Below are positions 63,050 to 64,000 of a DNA stretch of 64,000 nucleotides, in pieces. Location of the stretch: the IMG/VR virus record IMGVR_UViG_3300049580_000022, positions 2,017 through 66,016 of that record; one strand, 5' to 3'. The notes under the pieces were generated by a model, which searched no databases, was not told where the DNA came from, and worked only from the letters and a program-made list of their open reading frames with translations. The DNA comes from a virus (lineage: Duplodnaviria > Caudoviricetes). Each line of letters opens with the position of its first letter. Position 1 is the first letter of the stretch. A program made the position numbers and the translations under genes.

Positions 63050-63540
63050 ACTTCCCTAGTGATTGCTCACTGGAGAAGTGACCGTGAAGCGGTAGAGGAC
63101 CGTCTGCTCCCCATATCTCAGGGTAGTTACGGTCCCTACCGGGGGTGCTTGCTCACCGGAGCCAGCGACCGCTTGCGGTATCGGATGTGGGGTGCAGCCC
63201 CATCCAACGGAGGTGTTCTTTCTCTAGGACCTTGCACGGTCCCGGTGGACAGGCATCACCCCTTCGGACTGCCATCGGCCCATGTGTCCACGCTCCCGAC
63301 AGTTGGGCCTGGTTATCGACTCGCTACCCTGCCGGTCACGGACCCGGAAAGCCTCCGGGGGCGCGCAAACGCCAGCGAGCCGCCTTGGAAAGCCAAGGCA
63401 CCGAAACCGTCTGTAGCGATTGGAGGGGTTGCTTTCCGGCCTATAAATCGCGATATTCTGCGCAAGGCTTCAAGCCCTCCGATGCCGCTACATCGGTTTC
63501 GCCCCTGCCGAGTTTGCGCTTGGCGGGGGCAATTTTTTCT
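63050..63540. ncRNA. Candidate structured non-coding RNA/DNA element
   Basis: At least 7 closely spaced hairpins and no convincing CDS; strand unresolved. Confidence 0.4.
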
Positions 63541-63808
63541 GAGGGAATGGTTTCCCTTCGACACGCCGATCATGGGCGCGATTCAGGTTCCGGCACAAGT
63601 CCTTGAATTGGTAGGCGCCCGGTGCCGACTCGCAATTTGTTGTGTCAACCGGGAACGGCTGTTGAACGGGTTGATGGAAGTCTCGGACATCCGCTATAAG
63701 GCTCGCGCAGGGATACGTCACTAGCAGCGACGGCCTGTCAGACCAGATCATCTGGTGATCCGGTCCCTAAGCGTCCCTCCCGTTACAAGTATTTCGTATC
63801 ATTTTGCG

Positions 63809-63830
63809 AAATATCGGAATTTCGATATTT
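63809..63830. promoter_or_regulatory. 22-bp near-perfect palindrome, operator candidate
   Basis: AAATATCG-GAATTT-CGATATTT in an AT-rich non-coding patch. Confidence 0.5.
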
Positions 63831-64000
63831 GTTCTCTATGCAGGGCTTTTTCATGCGCCATAGCGGCGAGCCTTCGGCTTCCGGGACGAACCGATGGACG
63901 GTAACCAATCCGCGCCGTTGTCAGGTCGGGGACGAAGGCTCACCGCTGCGGCGGCGGGGGAAGCAGACCCGCATGGAGAGCAATGGCGGCAACGGCGCGT

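Noticed and set aside
63620-63648. Leftward sigma70 promoter at TTGACA 63643-63648
   Set aside because: The -10 position reads GCACCG; the -35 match alone is insufficient.
63059-63724. 221-aa plus-strand ORF (and 63145-63606 on minus) as real genes
   Set aside because: Pro/Arg/Ser-rich with no motifs or clear ribosome-binding site, and they coincide with the hairpin tract.
63911-63999. 10-bp inverted repeat CGCGCCGTTG / CAACGGCGCG as a genome or element end
   Set aside because: Short, GC-rich and partly inside a probable CDS truncated by the window edge; compatible with chance.
1-64000. tRNA, rRNA, integrase/att sites, DNA or RNA polymerase
   Set aside because: No such signatures found by eye; lifestyle (temperate or lytic) cannot be decided from this window.

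Overview
The whole window reads as one tailed dsDNA phage or prophage (roughly 60% GC). An alphaproteobacterial, Rhizobiales-type host is inferred from the XRE and GapR-like proteins. No host housekeeping genes, integrase, tRNA, CRISPR array or DNA/RNA polymerase were recognised. From left to right: (1) a leftward replication/modification arm (C5 methyltransferase running off the edge, DnaB, MT-A70 methylase, RuvC-like, GapR-like); (2) a divergent rightward recombination arm (MarR, PolA-type 5'-3' exonuclease, RecT, HNH, XRE, HerA-like ATPase); (3) a long leftward late region (lysis, two giant polyvalent/ejection proteins separated by a GIY-YIG endonuclease, tail and fibres, HTVC010P/uvMED-type capsid, portal, terminase); (4) small accessory genes and a hairpin-dense non-coding tract at the right end. 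The strongest unexplained signals are a 12-mer GAAAGACGAAAG found exactly 7 times, always on the sense strand ahead of genes; a polyvalent-protein domain split in two by a homing endonuclease; three consecutive tail-module genes with Sec-type signal peptides; a dual-frame (overlapping alpha/beta) C5 methyltransferase with a frame-breaking G8 run; and a ~490-nt structured region. Family assignments come from motif recognition by eye, with no database searches.
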